Shown: positions 38,213 through 48,251, numbered from the stretch's first letter. The stretch is 64,000 bases of DNA from Ignavibacteria bacterium (GCA_040380835.1 JBEIIK010000001.1:4810-68809); one strand, 5' to 3'. The notes: generated by a model not told the origin, from the letters alone. A program made the numbers and translations.

Positions 38213-39514
38213 TTAGTGAACGGTGGAAGGTAACGAGAACTCAGTCGTCACGTATGGCCGGTAGCGAGCCATGAAGGGGGCTAACTGATCAGCCGGCACA
38301 CGCACTGACAATAATACTGCGGAATCATCATCGCTTCGTTGCAGAACCTCAACCTCGGAATAGAGTCGGGCAACGACATTCATCTCCTCGTAGGGGATCC
38401 GCAAAAGGCGCATGATGGCGGATTCCTCATACGTGGTCTGCATCACACGAAGCAGGCGTTCGATATTGACGCCTCGCTGCGCGCTGACAAAGACACATCC
38501 CGGGTTTTCCGCCTCGGCGTCATCCATTGTAGCCGAGTCAGCCAGAGCATCGATCTTATTGAACACCACGATCACGGGCGTGTCGCTTGCGCCAAGATCA
38601 ATGAGCGTCTGCTCGACCACGGCCATATGCTCGCGATAGTGCGGATTGCTGATGTCCACAACGTGAAGCAGGATGTCTGCCTCAAGCGTCTCGTTGAGTG
38701 TTGATCGGAACGAAGCGACCAGCTGTGTTGGCAGCTTGCGGATGAACCCGACGGTGTCGGAGATCAGTGCTTTCTGTCCCGAGGGAAGTCCCAGCGTACG
38801 GACGGTCGTGTCGAGTGTGGCAAAGAGCTGATCCTGTACGTATACATCAGCCTTGGTCAGGACGCGCATCAGAGACGATTTGCCGGCATTGGTATACCCT
38901 ACCAGAGCAAAGCGTGGGAGTCCTTCCCGGCCTTTGCGTTGAACCAAGCGCTGAACGTCGATCTCGCGCAGCTTCTCACGCAGTCGTTGCATGCGAGTGC
39001 GGTACATGCGACGATCGGTCTCGATCTGTGTTTCACCCGGCCCCTTTGTGCCGATGCCCCCGAACTGTTTCGAAAGGTGTGTCCACATCCTCGTAAGGCG
39101 TGGAAGCAGGTACTCGAGCTGAGCAAGCTCCACTTGCGTGCGAGCTTCCACCGTGCGTGCATGAGCAGCAAAGATGTCCAGGATCACACCGCTGCGATCA
39201 AGAACCTTGACCTTCAATGCCTCTTCGAGATTGCGGACTTGGGCCGGAGAGAGCTCGTCGTCGAATACCACCGATGTGGCGTTGCTGTTTTCGACCAGCT
39301 CCTTGAGCTCTTCAACCTTGCCCTTGCCTAGAGCGGTCGAAATATCTGGTCGCTCGCGCTCCTGGGTAAGCCTTTGTACAGCATCGGCACCAGCTGTATC
39401 GAGGAGCATCTCGAGTTCGTCAAGATGCTCTTCAACGGTAGCAGGGTCAGCCCCCTTGCGGATAACGGCGGCGATGACGGCCCGCTCTCTTGGGAGTAAT
39501 CCTATGTCGTTCAC
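38213..39514 (-). CDS. hflX: GTPase HflX
   Basis: HflX N-terminal domain followed by G1 'LVGYTNAGKSSL', G3 'DTVGFI' and G4 'NKID'. Confidence 0.93.
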   Translation of the reverse strand: MNDIGLLPRERAVIAAVIRKGADPATVEEHLDELEMLLDTAGADAVQRLTQERERPDISTALGKGKVEELKELVENSNATSVVFDDELSPAQVRNLEEALKVKVLDRSGVILDIFAAHARTVEARTQVELAQLEYLLPRLTRMWTHLSKQFGGIGTKGPGETQIETDRRMYRTRMQRLREKLREIDVQRLVQRKGREGLPRFALVGYTNAGKSSLMRVLTKADVYVQDQLFATLDTTVRTLGLPSGQKALISDTVGFIRKLPTQLVASFRSTLNETLEADILLHVVDISNPHYREHMAVVEQTLIDLGASDTPVIVVFNKIDALADSATMDDAEAENPGCVFVSAQRGVNIERLLRVMQTTYEESAIMRLLRIPYEEMNVVARLYSEVEVLQRSDDDSAVLLSVRVPADQLAPFMARYRPYVTTEFSLPSTVH

Positions 39515-39562
39515 GGAACCTCAGTATGAGAATAATGAACAAAGCTACGGCTCACGGTCGGC

Positions 39563-40879
39563 ATGTTGCCACGCGCCGTAGTTTTGGGAGGTATGGTACG
39601 ATTCATCTTCTGCGTTGGCATTGTGATAGGTGTCGCGGTCCGAGTGTCAGCACAGCAGGACATCGGCCCCGAGATTCCGATCATCCTTGAGCATGCCGAC
39701 AGTCTTCTCGGTTCCGGCTCGATGGAGTCATCTTCGAGGACGTTTATCGGTAATGTGCGTTTTCGCCAGGGAAACGTGACAGGGCGCTGCGAAAAAGTTG
39801 TTCACGACGTTTCCCGGAACACGGTCGAGCTGCGCGGGGCTGTGGTGATCCGTCAGGCGGATTTGACCATTTCCGCCCCGGAGATCACCTACGATGGGGC
39901 AACATCTACGGCGCATGCCGTGCGAGGGATCAAGCTTCAGCAATCCAAAACAGTAATCGTCAGCCAAATCGGGACCTACGACATGCGAACCAAGCAGGCC
40001 CGATTCCTTCGGGATGTGCACGCCATCGATGATACCATTTGGCTGTGGTGCGATTCACTCGACTACGACCGGCAGCGTGATACGATGCTGGCGCGGGGAA
40101 ACGTCCACATTCACGACACAGTGCAGCAGGCGTGGTTTAGCGGCATGCAGGCGCGGCGAGACGCCTCGGCCGGCATCCTGGAACTGGTCGGTGATGCCCG
40201 CGCATGGTCATGGGCAAAGGATTCTTTGCAAACGGCTGACACGACATTTATCCGTGGTGATACATTGCTGTCGGTCTCTCAGAATGACCCAGACTCAACG
40301 GGAATGATCGCACGCGGTAATGTGGTCATGGTGCGCGGATCGACCGCCTCACGGTCCGGTAGGCTCACCTTTCGCGAACGCGACGGCCGTTTCTTCCTTG
40401 AAGACTCACCATTTGTGTGGTCCGACTCATCCGTTCTAAAAGCGGCGAGTATCGAAGCCGAATCCTCGGGTCGACGTCTTCGTAGAGTAGTGGGCAGCGG
40501 TAAGGCCATTCTCATCTCCCGCTCCGATTCTCTTCTTCCGGTCCGCTATGACCAGATAGGGGGCCAGCAGATCGTGATGTCGTTTGAAACGGACTCAACG
40601 AGGACGCTGCGGGCTGTCGGACAAGGCATGAGCATAACCTACAGGCAGGAGTCTGGTCAGAGAAAGGGGCTTGCCAAGGTAGCCGCCGACACCATATATG
40701 CGAGGCTTGTCCGTGACGCACTGACGGATGTATTCTGGCTAGGCGGAGTCAGCGGTGAGAATCATCCGGAGCGTCTTGTACGCGGTCGTGAAAGCGAGTT
40801 TCAGATTCCAGATATGGTAATACCGGAAGAACGGCCCCGATTTATGCCCGTGCCACACCGACGATCCATGTTGCGCTAG
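39563..40879 (+). CDS. secreted protein with repeated OstA/LptA-like (OstA_N beta-jellyroll) modules
   Basis: Signal peptide 'MVRFIFCVGIVIGVAVRVSAQQ'; the start is ATG 39563 or 39593. It has repeating 'GNVRFRQGNVTGRCEKVVHD...VELRGAVVIRQADLTISAPEITYD' and 'ARGNVHIHD', 'ARGNVVMVRG' strands, which are typical of LptA/OstA-like proteins. Confidence 0.5.
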   Translation: MLPRAVVLGGMVRFIFCVGIVIGVAVRVSAQQDIGPEIPIILEHADSLLGSGSMESSSRTFIGNVRFRQGNVTGRCEKVVHDVSRNTVELRGAVVIRQADLTISAPEITYDGATSTAHAVRGIKLQQSKTVIVSQIGTYDMRTKQARFLRDVHAIDDTIWLWCDSLDYDRQRDTMLARGNVHIHDTVQQAWFSGMQARRDASAGILELVGDARAWSWAKDSLQTADTTFIRGDTLLSVSQNDPDSTGMIARGNVVMVRGSTASRSGRLTFRERDGRFFLEDSPFVWSDSSVLKAASIEAESSGRRLRRVVGSGKAILISRSDSLLPVRYDQIGGQQIVMSFETDSTRTLRAVGQGMSITYRQESGQRKGLAKVAADTIYARLVRDALTDVFWLGGVSGENHPERLVRGRESEFQIPDMVIPEERPRFMPVPHRRSMLR

Positions 40880-40908
40880 ACGGCGATTTGTCGTAACATC
40901 GACGCGAA

Positions 40909-43900
40909 GTGAAGCTCCGACCACTTATCGTCACTACTCTGACACTGCTCTGCGGACTGCAGCTTGCGGCCCAGGTCGAGCGTGTGCTTCCCCGGCGAGG
41001 TTCGTCGTCACTCGAAGGAACGTCCTTCGTCGTTGGCTTCATGCAGAATGAACTGCTTGAAGTTGGCGTTGACCCCAGACTGCAGATATTCATCTCTTCG
41101 CAAAACGATGCGACGGTGACAATCGAGTCGATGTTTGAGGGCACAAAGGTCGTAAATGTGCCAGCCTACTCCGTTCACGTCGAGACCGTTCATGTGTATA
41201 ATATGAACTCTGCATCTGAGTATCCGATGCAGAAGTCGATCTTCATTACGTCTGATGTGCCGATCGTCGTCTATGCGCTCAATACCTTGCTACGTTCAAC
41301 CGACAGCTATTGCGCAATCCCGATTCGGCATCTTGGCACGCAGTATTACAGCATCAACCGGCCCTCCGATCGTTACTTGGCTAGCACCAATCCAACCAAT
41401 GCAAAGCTCAGAAGCGGTGAGTTCATGATCATGGCTGTTGAGGACGGAACGAATGTGGAAGTCATTCCAGCCACAACTACCTTTCGGGGCCGACCTGCGA
41501 ATGTCCCCTTCAGGTTCGTTCTCAATCGTGGTGAATGCTACCTCGTGCAGGCGGCCACGACTGCCATTGGCCGTGATGACCTGACGGGTTCGTCGATTAC
41601 CTCCTCAAGGCCTGTAGCGGTTATCTCAGGGCACATGCGTAGTGGCGTGCCGACCGGTCAGGACCTGTCGAAAGATCACCTGGTCGAGCAGCTGCCGCCT
41701 GTATCCAAATGGGGTAAGACCTTTGCAACGGCACCGTTCCTTTCGACCGGACGAGCTGATGTCTATCGCTTCATGGCCTCGCAGCCCAACCAGCAGATCA
41801 CGCTGACAACGCGCACGCGATCTTGGACATGGACCTTGCCATCTATCGGCAGCTACGTTGACACTAGCATCGCCGAGGCCGCGTATTGGACCTCACCCGA
41901 TCCGTTCTTCATGGTGCAGCATATGGCAAGTCGGACGTCCAATCAAGAAGTCTGTGATCCCGCAATGGTCATCACGCCACCCGTCGAGCAGTTTGTCAAT
42001 GAAGCATTGTTCCGGTTCCCAACGCTCGAGCGCGTCCGGACGACGCCCCCCCAGACGCTCAGGTATTTCCTGAATGTGATCGCTACCCCCGAGGCACTGC
42101 CCTCACTCATGATCGGTAATCGACGGGCAGCATCGTTGGCCCCACTGTTCAGTAGTCAGGTCGTGCCTGGAACTAATCTTCGCTGGGCACAGATCACAAT
42201 GCGGGAGGGGGCCTACCTGATGCGCTGTGACTCGGGGTCGTTCAGTGCCGTCATGTACGGAACCTCGGAGGCTGACTCCTATGCCAACCTGGTCGGATTG
42301 GCTTTCGACCCTGTTCGGCGGCGGGACTCCTCGCCCCCTATCTATGAGCTCACGCAGGACTGCGGCACCGTCAAGGGGCGTATCGTGGATGTGTCACGCG
42401 ATACCGCCGGACTCTCGGACGTGGAGGTGATCACGGGCTCGACGTTCAATTACACCTGGACCATTTCCAAGCCGATCGACTCTTCCGGTTCGGTGACGTT
42501 CGACGCTTCGGTGCGGGACAAGTCGAAGGACGCTCAGATCGTCATCCATGCCTATGATGACCGTGGGTACGGTCGAGAATGGCTGTATCGATACGATGCA
42601 CCGGACGTCGACGTTCTCCGCGATGTGGTGATCGAAACCGAGCGTGGCAGTGAGCGGTGTACGACTGTTGTGATACGCAACCGGGACTCAACGCCGGTAA
42701 CGATCCGGAGAATTGAACGACAGGGAAATCAACGAATCATCGTCACCGAGCCCACAGGTGGCTTTGTGATCCGTCCGCGCGATTCTGCACTGGTTACGAT
42801 TTGTGCTACCCAATGGTCGGACACTGCAGCCATGGCAGCCTCGATCATGCTGGTGATGAATTGCGGCAACACCAAGACGTTCTATGTGAAGTCGCGTCGG
42901 GGTCTGAGTCTCAAAGGTGACACCGTTGACCTTGGTGATGTTCGCATTGGGGATACGGCCTGTGGCAGGGTGGGCATCATCAATGACGCGGATCGTTCGG
43001 TTGAAGCGCTGAATCTGATCGCCACGCAGCTTGATACACTCTTCATCCTTGACACCGCTTCGCTTGGCCTGCCGCGGACGATCCCTCCCGGAGATACTCT
43101 CTGGGTGCGAGTCTGTTTTTCTCCCATCCGGTTGGGTCCGGCACAGCGCATCGATTCCGTCGTCGGTCAGGCTGCGGCCAGTGCCGTGCTGGTTAGCCGC
43201 GCGCGCGGTGTGAGCCCCCAAGTTGCTCCGTTGATTATCGACTGGAAGGAACGGTTCGTAGGTAGTGTGAACGACACCGTTGTTCGACTGCGCAATGTTG
43301 GTAGTGGATGGTGCATCGTGCGTGCGGATCTTTCCGGCGCCCCTGCGGCCCTTGATATCCGCTCCGATGGCCTCATGAAGGGGGCTCGCCTTGCTGCCGG
43401 CGACTCCGTCGATGTTCGCGCTTCATTCCGTCCTGCAACTCGAGACTCAATGATCTTCGTACAATCGGTGTGGGTTGACTGGACGCAGCACGCTCCGCTG
43501 AGTATCAGTTTCCGCGGCGTGGGCATCATGCCAGATGTTACCGTACGTGATATTGACCTCGACTCGGTCACGATCGGTGACGTGCGCGACAGTCTGGCAG
43601 AACTACTGGCTACGGGCTTTGAAGGTGGAAACACCGACCTGCGAGTGCGGTCGGTCCGCATTCTCGGTCCAGATTCAGCCGCTTTCGTTGTTCCAGCCAC
43701 CCTGCGGGGCCTTGCACCCTCTCAACGCCCGTTGAGGTCAATCCTGCGTGATGTGGTGTCTTTTGCTCCCACGCGGCTCGGGCCGCACGAGTGCGTAATC
43801 GAGATTGTCAGTAATGCGGCACCTGATGGGCTGGACAAGCGCTCGCGGTTCCGTCTGCTCGGTGTGGGGACCCCTGTGCCTGTGGCACGCCCGATTCCGC

Positions 43901-44916
43901 GCCTTTCGGCTTCCGCACGAGCTCGCTCCTGCTCATCGGAGCCGATCATTGCAGAGATAACCAATACTGGAACGGCCCGTGCGCGCCTGGACAGTCTAGT
44001 GTTGAACGTGTTTTCGCCCCCTGTCGGAGCCGTTCGCACGAATCTCATTTCCGGGCCCGGGCCATTACTGATCGAACCCGGTCAGACGCACTCGGTTCGG
44101 TTGGATATCAACTTTGATACAGCTGCGGTATGCATCCTCACCTTGCGACTCGTGGACTCCGCAGGTTCGGTTTTTGAGGACACGGCACGGATCGAAATTG
44201 AGCAGGCCGCAACGTCCATTTCCGTGGACATCCCCGGTGCGCCAGTGTTGGAGACCGGAGCGGACACCATCATCATCAGGGCATCACTGCATGACGTGCA
44301 GTCGGTGGCTGTTCGACCTGCTTTGAGGGTACTTATCGACAAAGCCAGATTCTTAATCGGTGGGGCAGGATCAGCCGTTGTGATGATCGATCAACAGGGG
44401 GCTAATCGCGGTGTAATGTCGCAAGCCATCCAGGACGACAGCTCGATCCGGATACAGCTCGCCGATGAAGTCCTGGGGCCGTGGACCGTGACGTGCTTGT
44501 TGTGGGGGACGATGATCTGGTCTGATCCTGACGTGAGCCGATGCATTGCAGTGCTCGACGGCAGTCCATGCTATCGGCAGGATGTTTCGGCTCCGGTTGA
44601 GTATCGCGTAGCTCCTTGCGGCTCCCGTTTGCGAATGGTTGACGTTGCCAGCCGACCTGGGGTGTTTGTGGATCCCCTGGGGCTGCCGTTTGACGAAGTG
44701 ATCGCTGTAAGAATAACTACGTCAATGGCGACTACAGCGCGCGTATGGGCAGAATCTCTTTCAGGTCAACAATTTCAGCTTGCCGAACATTTGTCTTTGC
44801 AAAAGGGCAGTCAACATTGTAATTTCTCATGTTCTGGGCTGGGATCAGGGCTGTACAGACTGGTCATCAGCCACGAACGTGGGGTCGAGGTCACGAACAT
44901 CATCATCGTCAACTAG
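40909..44916 (+). CDS. giant T9SS-secreted protein: IgGFc-binding-protein-N-like head domain, multiple ASH/choice-of-anchor-D repeats, cohesin-like module and T9SS CTD
   Basis: GTG start with signal peptide 'MKLRPLIVTTLTLLCGLQLAAQ'. Head-domain motifs are 'GTSFVVGFMQN', 'SDVPIVVYALN', 'GEFMIMAVEDGTNVEV', 'RGECYLVQA', 'DLTGSSITSSRPVAVISGH' and 'DHLVEQLPPVSKWGKTF'. Ig-like repeats such as 'VDLGDVRIGDTACGRVGIINDADRSVEAL'. The tail is 'GLYRLVISHERGVEVTNIIIVN'. Confidence 0.75.
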   Translation: MKLRPLIVTTLTLLCGLQLAAQVERVLPRRGSSSLEGTSFVVGFMQNELLEVGVDPRLQIFISSQNDATVTIESMFEGTKVVNVPAYSVHVETVHVYNMNSASEYPMQKSIFITSDVPIVVYALNTLLRSTDSYCAIPIRHLGTQYYSINRPSDRYLASTNPTNAKLRSGEFMIMAVEDGTNVEVIPATTTFRGRPANVPFRFVLNRGECYLVQAATTAIGRDDLTGSSITSSRPVAVISGHMRSGVPTGQDLSKDHLVEQLPPVSKWGKTFATAPFLSTGRADVYRFMASQPNQQITLTTRTRSWTWTLPSIGSYVDTSIAEAAYWTSPDPFFMVQHMASRTSNQEVCDPAMVITPPVEQFVNEALFRFPTLERVRTTPPQTLRYFLNVIATPEALPSLMIGNRRAASLAPLFSSQVVPGTNLRWAQITMREGAYLMRCDSGSFSAVMYGTSEADSYANLVGLAFDPVRRRDSSPPIYELTQDCGTVKGRIVDVSRDTAGLSDVEVITGSTFNYTWTISKPIDSSGSVTFDASVRDKSKDAQIVIHAYDDRGYGREWLYRYDAPDVDVLRDVVIETERGSERCTTVVIRNRDSTPVTIRRIERQGNQRIIVTEPTGGFVIRPRDSALVTICATQWSDTAAMAASIMLVMNCGNTKTFYVKSRRGLSLKGDTVDLGDVRIGDTACGRVGIINDADRSVEALNLIATQLDTLFILDTASLGLPRTIPPGDTLWVRVCFSPIRLGPAQRIDSVVGQAAASAVLVSRARGVSPQVAPLIIDWKERFVGSVNDTVVRLRNVGSGWCIVRADLSGAPAALDIRSDGLMKGARLAAGDSVDVRASFRPATRDSMIFVQSVWVDWTQHAPLSISFRGVGIMPDVTVRDIDLDSVTIGDVRDSLAELLATGFEGGNTDLRVRSVRILGPDSAAFVVPATLRGLAPSQRPLRSILRDVVSFAPTRLGPHECVIEIVSNAAPDGLDKRSRFRLLGVGTPVPVARPIPRLSASARARSCSSEPIIAEITNTGTARARLDSLVLNVFSPPVGAVRTNLISGPGPLLIEPGQTHSVRLDINFDTAAVCILTLRLVDSAGSVFEDTARIEIEQAATSISVDIPGAPVLETGADTIIIRASLHDVQSVAVRPALRVLIDKARFLIGGAGSAVVMIDQQGANRGVMSQAIQDDSSIRIQLADEVLGPWTVTCLLWGTMIWSDPDVSRCIAVLDGSPCYRQDVSAPVEYRVAPCGSRLRMVDVASRPGVFVDPLGLPFDEVIAVRITTSMATTARVWAESLSGQQFQLAEHLSLQKGSQHCNFSCSGLGSGLYRLVISHERGVEVTNIIIVN

Positions 44917-44927
44917 GGCCATCGAGT

Positions 44928-45740
44928 ATGAGGCAGTTTGGTTTTACCTTCTTTGCAGCGTTCATTATGTCGGCAGCATCCCTGCTAGCCCAGCAGGAAA
45001 TTGGAGCTCGCGCTACGCCTCTCCAGCCGGCACGCCGTGCGCCACGGATATACGTTGGACCTGTTGCGGGTTATAACAATTCGCTGCACTCGTCGAGTTT
45101 CCAGTCCGTTTCCGGAGATGTCCAGTGTCCGACCTTCACCGGCGGAACCCAAAACGGCTATTATGCCGGTCTGTCGTTTGAGTACCTTCTCGGTAAGCCC
45201 CGTGACTCTAAGTCGTCGATCATCGCGCGTGCGGTGTACAACACCTTCCCGGCCTTCTTCAAGGAAGGTGGCGATACGCGTCCTTCCATCGATCCAGTCA
45301 CGGGTGCCCTCTACGACTCCGAGGTTGAGCACACGGCTGAGGTGAAGTATTCAACGTTCGACATCGAGCTGATCTACAAGTTGAATCTTTTCAATTCGAA
45401 TTTTGGCGTGGTGATTGGGCCGACGATCGGTTTCGTTGCCGACGTTGAGCGCGTGCAGCGCATGAACCTGATCAGGCCAGATAATGCAATTTTTAAGCCG
45501 CAGGATGGCACCGAGTACGAAAATTTCGGACGAACGGCCATCACCGCACGCGACCAGATTCCAGGACACGCCACCACGCGTCTTGCCATCAAGGCCGGTG
45601 CCCAGTACGAGATAACTGTAGGACGGGTGCTTGTGGTTCCATGTGCCTACTACAATTTTGGTATCACCAAGCTTAGCGACGCCGACAATCTTCGGGTGAA
45701 CGCACTTCAAGTTGGGGTTGATATCCGATTCGCGCTGTAA
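44928..45740 (+). CDS. outer-membrane beta-barrel protein (OMP_b-brl-like), hypothetical
   Basis: ATG 44928, 12 nt after the giant gene. Signal peptide 'FFAAFIMSAASLLAQQ'. Alternating amphipathic strands ('YYAGLSFEYLL', 'FDIELIYKLNL', 'LAIKAGAQYEITV') and C-terminus 'LQVGVDIRFAL'. Confidence 0.6.
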   Translation: MRQFGFTFFAAFIMSAASLLAQQEIGARATPLQPARRAPRIYVGPVAGYNNSLHSSSFQSVSGDVQCPTFTGGTQNGYYAGLSFEYLLGKPRDSKSSIIARAVYNTFPAFFKEGGDTRPSIDPVTGALYDSEVEHTAEVKYSTFDIELIYKLNLFNSNFGVVIGPTIGFVADVERVQRMNLIRPDNAIFKPQDGTEYENFGRTAITARDQIPGHATTRLAIKAGAQYEITVGRVLVVPCAYYNFGITKLSDADNLRVNALQVGVDIRFAL

Positions 45741-45766
45741 GCGTTCAAACTGCGTTCATGATAATG

Positions 45767-45801
45767 CGATGCCTGCTCGGTGAGCGGGCATCGTTAGTTT
45801 T
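45767..45801 (+). terminator. rho-independent terminator after the beta-barrel gene
   Basis: Stem CGATGCCTGCT / AGCGGGCATCG (one G-U pair) with a short loop, followed by TTAGTTTTGG. Confidence 0.65.
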
Positions 45802-45845
45802 GGACCAATGGTTAGGAGCGATGACGTGATCTTCTCATTGCCTGT

Positions 45846-46352
45846 ATGAAGCAGCTCTGGTCTCCGTGGCGAAGAGCCTATGTTTGCGACAGTTCCAGGG
45901 GTGCAGCTCGATGCTTTCTTTGCGACGCTGCAAAAGCAACCGCGGCTGACAGGTCAGCTGGAATCGTTCATGTGGCTGAGCATTCAATCATCATGCTCAA
46001 TCGTTACCCCTATTCGGTCGGACACCTTCTTATATCTCCGAGAGGGCATGTAGCTGATGTGCTGGAACTTGACAATGACGGTTATATCTGTCTGATGAAT
46101 TCAGTGCGTGCAGCCGTGCGCGCCGTCCGCCAGGCGTTTGATCCACATGGGATCAATGTTGGTGTTAATCTCGGCTCAGCGGCTGGAGCGGGTGTACCCG
46201 GTCACGTACACATACACGTTGTGCCGAGATGGAACGGTGACACGAATTTCATGCCGGTGATTGGCCAGACGCAGATAATCTCCACTTCCCTGGATGAGGC
46301 CTGGGATCGCATCTCTACCGTGCTTGACACCGAGGGCAACCAGACACAATGA
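45846..46352 (+). CDS. HIT-family nucleotide hydrolase/transferase (Ap4A phosphorylase-like)
   Basis: 'LWSPWRRAY', 'NRYPYSVGHLLISP' and the histidine triad 'GHVHIHVVPRWNGD'. Confidence 0.85.
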   Translation: MKQLWSPWRRAYVCDSSRGAARCFLCDAAKATAADRSAGIVHVAEHSIIMLNRYPYSVGHLLISPRGHVADVLELDNDGYICLMNSVRAAVRAVRQAFDPHGINVGVNLGSAAGAGVPGHVHIHVVPRWNGDTNFMPVIGQTQIISTSLDEAWDRISTVLDTEGNQTQ

Positions 46353-47200
46353 CGTCATTCGCACCTAGCCGAAGGTTCAGCCAGAACTTTCTGACGGATG
46401 TTGGTATTGCCAGGAACATCGTATCCTCGCTCGAGCTGACTGATGCTGACGCAGTGGTTGAAATCGGCCCTGGCAAGGGTGCTCTGACGACGCATCTGGC
46501 TGTTTCGCCTGCATCCGAAGTGGCAGCAATCGAGATAGACGCCCGTGCCGTGGTATTCCTGCGGCAGCAGTCGTGGGTATCAAGCGGACGGGTGCGACTT
46601 ATTGAGGCGGACGCGCTGACCGTGCGCGTGGAGGAGTTGTTTCCCAAACATCACCGCGATCAGCGTTGCGTAATCGGCAATATCCCGTATGCCATTACCA
46701 GCCCCCTACTTTTCTGGATGTTTGATCAGCGGCGCTCAATTGCCAGGGGAGTATTCATGATGCAGCGCGAGGTCGCCAGACGCTGCGTGGCTCAAGTGGG
46801 GTCAAAAGACTACGGAATCCTTTCGGTAGCCTGCTGGTTGCATGGTTCTGCCAGGTTGCTTTTTCATGTCCAGCCGGGATCCTTCTTTCCGAGACCAAGT
46901 GTAACATCATCCGTCGTAAGGTTCGACCTTTCGATCCAGGCGGCTGCTGGTCTTGCCGACAGACCATTCATGAACTTCGTCCGATCTGCTTTCTCACAGC
47001 GCCGAAAGGTCATGACAAACGCTCTGGCTGACTGGAGTGCTCGCAATCAGCTCTCGCTGCGCAATGACAGTATCCATGCTGGTGTCAATCTCGCGCGAGT
47101 GCGTGCCGAGGAGTGTTCACCGGAAATGCTTGCAACCATATATCATTCGATATGTGAGCGTAACCCAGCCTCCCGGCAAGGTGCTGCGGGGCTGGTATGA
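46349..47200 (+). CDS. rsmA: 16S rRNA (adenine1518/1519-N6)-dimethyltransferase
   Basis: 'FSQNFL', SAM motif 'VVEIGPGKGALT' and 'VIGNIPYAITSP'. ATGA overlaps on both sides. Confidence 0.93.
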   Translation: MTSFAPSRRFSQNFLTDVGIARNIVSSLELTDADAVVEIGPGKGALTTHLAVSPASEVAAIEIDARAVVFLRQQSWVSSGRVRLIEADALTVRVEELFPKHHRDQRCVIGNIPYAITSPLLFWMFDQRRSIARGVFMMQREVARRCVAQVGSKDYGILSVACWLHGSARLLFHVQPGSFFPRPSVTSSVVRFDLSIQAAAGLADRPFMNFVRSAFSQRRKVMTNALADWSARNQLSLRNDSIHAGVNLARVRAEECSPEMLATIYHSICERNPASRQGAAGLV

Positions 47201-48141
47201 AATCTCCTTCAGGCATTCGTGAACTATGGCAGATCATCCGTGCGGATCACAACTCGGCGGATCTATACACGGCGTTCATGCTCATCATGTATGCCCTGCT
47301 GGCACTGGTTTTTCACCAGAGTATTCACGGCAGCATCACAGCGGTCTGGACAAACGTCCTTGTGCTGATTCTGATCTCATCGACCATCATTCTGCATCGT
47401 CTGACAGGTTTGATGGCCGCGCGATTTGTTCGCCAGTTCTACGTCGTTCCCACCATTTACATGCTGTATGATCAGACTCATCTTTTTGTCACGGTTGTAC
47501 ATCCACACGACTACGATCACCTTCTGATCGCGGCCGACAGGGCGATCTTCGGCATCGATCCGACAGTCTGGCTTCTTCAGTTCTCTTCGCCGGCTGTTAC
47601 CGAGTATCTGCAATTCTGTTACTTTATTTTCTATCTACTTCCAGTAGCTCATGCGCTTGAACTCTGGCTTCGTGGTGACATCAAGCGCGTGGTTGAGTTT
47701 GCCAGGATGATGACATTCATGTTCTTTATCTCATACATACTCTACTTCATTTTACCCGCCATTGGACCTCGATTTACGCTTCACGACTTCTCAGCCACCA
47801 GCCGGGAGCTTCCCGGACTCTGGCTGACTGACATTCTCCGAAATATCATCAACGTCGGAGGGGGTGTTGTGGCCGGGTCTGATGATCCGGCTAGCGTGGT
47901 CAATCGTGATTGTATGCCAAGCGGTCATACGATGCTGACGATTGTCAATATCATCCTTGCCTTTCGATTTCGAAGCCGGCTTCGCCATCTTTTCGTGGTC
48001 ATCGGCGGCAGCCTGATTTTCGCCACCGTCTATCTCAGATACCATTATGTCGTCGATCTGCTGGTAGGGGGCGTTCTGGTGCTGCTCTGCATGCCACTTG
48101 AAGTGCCCGTGGATAAGTTCCTGCGCAAGCGACTGCGATAA
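47197..48141 (+). CDS. polytopic PAP2_C-type membrane protein (sphingomyelin/IPC-synthase-like lipid phosphotransferase family)
   Basis: About 6 TM helices. 'NRDCMPSGHTMLT' and 'YLRYHYVVDLLVGG' resemble the SGH(T) and HY(x)xD(V) catalytic motifs of the lipid phosphate phosphatase / SMS family. Confidence 0.6.
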   Translation: MKSPSGIRELWQIIRADHNSADLYTAFMLIMYALLALVFHQSIHGSITAVWTNVLVLILISSTIILHRLTGLMAARFVRQFYVVPTIYMLYDQTHLFVTVVHPHDYDHLLIAADRAIFGIDPTVWLLQFSSPAVTEYLQFCYFIFYLLPVAHALELWLRGDIKRVVEFARMMTFMFFISYILYFILPAIGPRFTLHDFSATSRELPGLWLTDILRNIINVGGGVVAGSDDPASVVNRDCMPSGHTMLTIVNIILAFRFRSRLRHLFVVIGGSLIFATVYLRYHYVVDLLVGGVLVLLCMPLEVPVDKFLRKRLR

Positions 48142-48251
48142 CCGCCGTTTTTCGACCTCAAGCATGTAACCGAATCTGTTTTCCAGTGTTTATGTCTTTG
48201 ATTGGAGAGCAGACCGCTGCAGAAAACTCCCCAAAGCTATCCCCATAGATG

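Noticed and set aside
42688-43700. Two 177-aa minus-strand ORFs (42688..43221 and 43167..43700). Other long antisense ORFs of the same kind include 78..659, 15157..15825, 36366..36918, 48706..49233 and 54573..55082.
   Set aside because: All lie fully inside well-supported genes on the opposite strand, are R/S/A/P-rich, and carry no recognisable motifs. Long open antisense frames are expected at this GC content.
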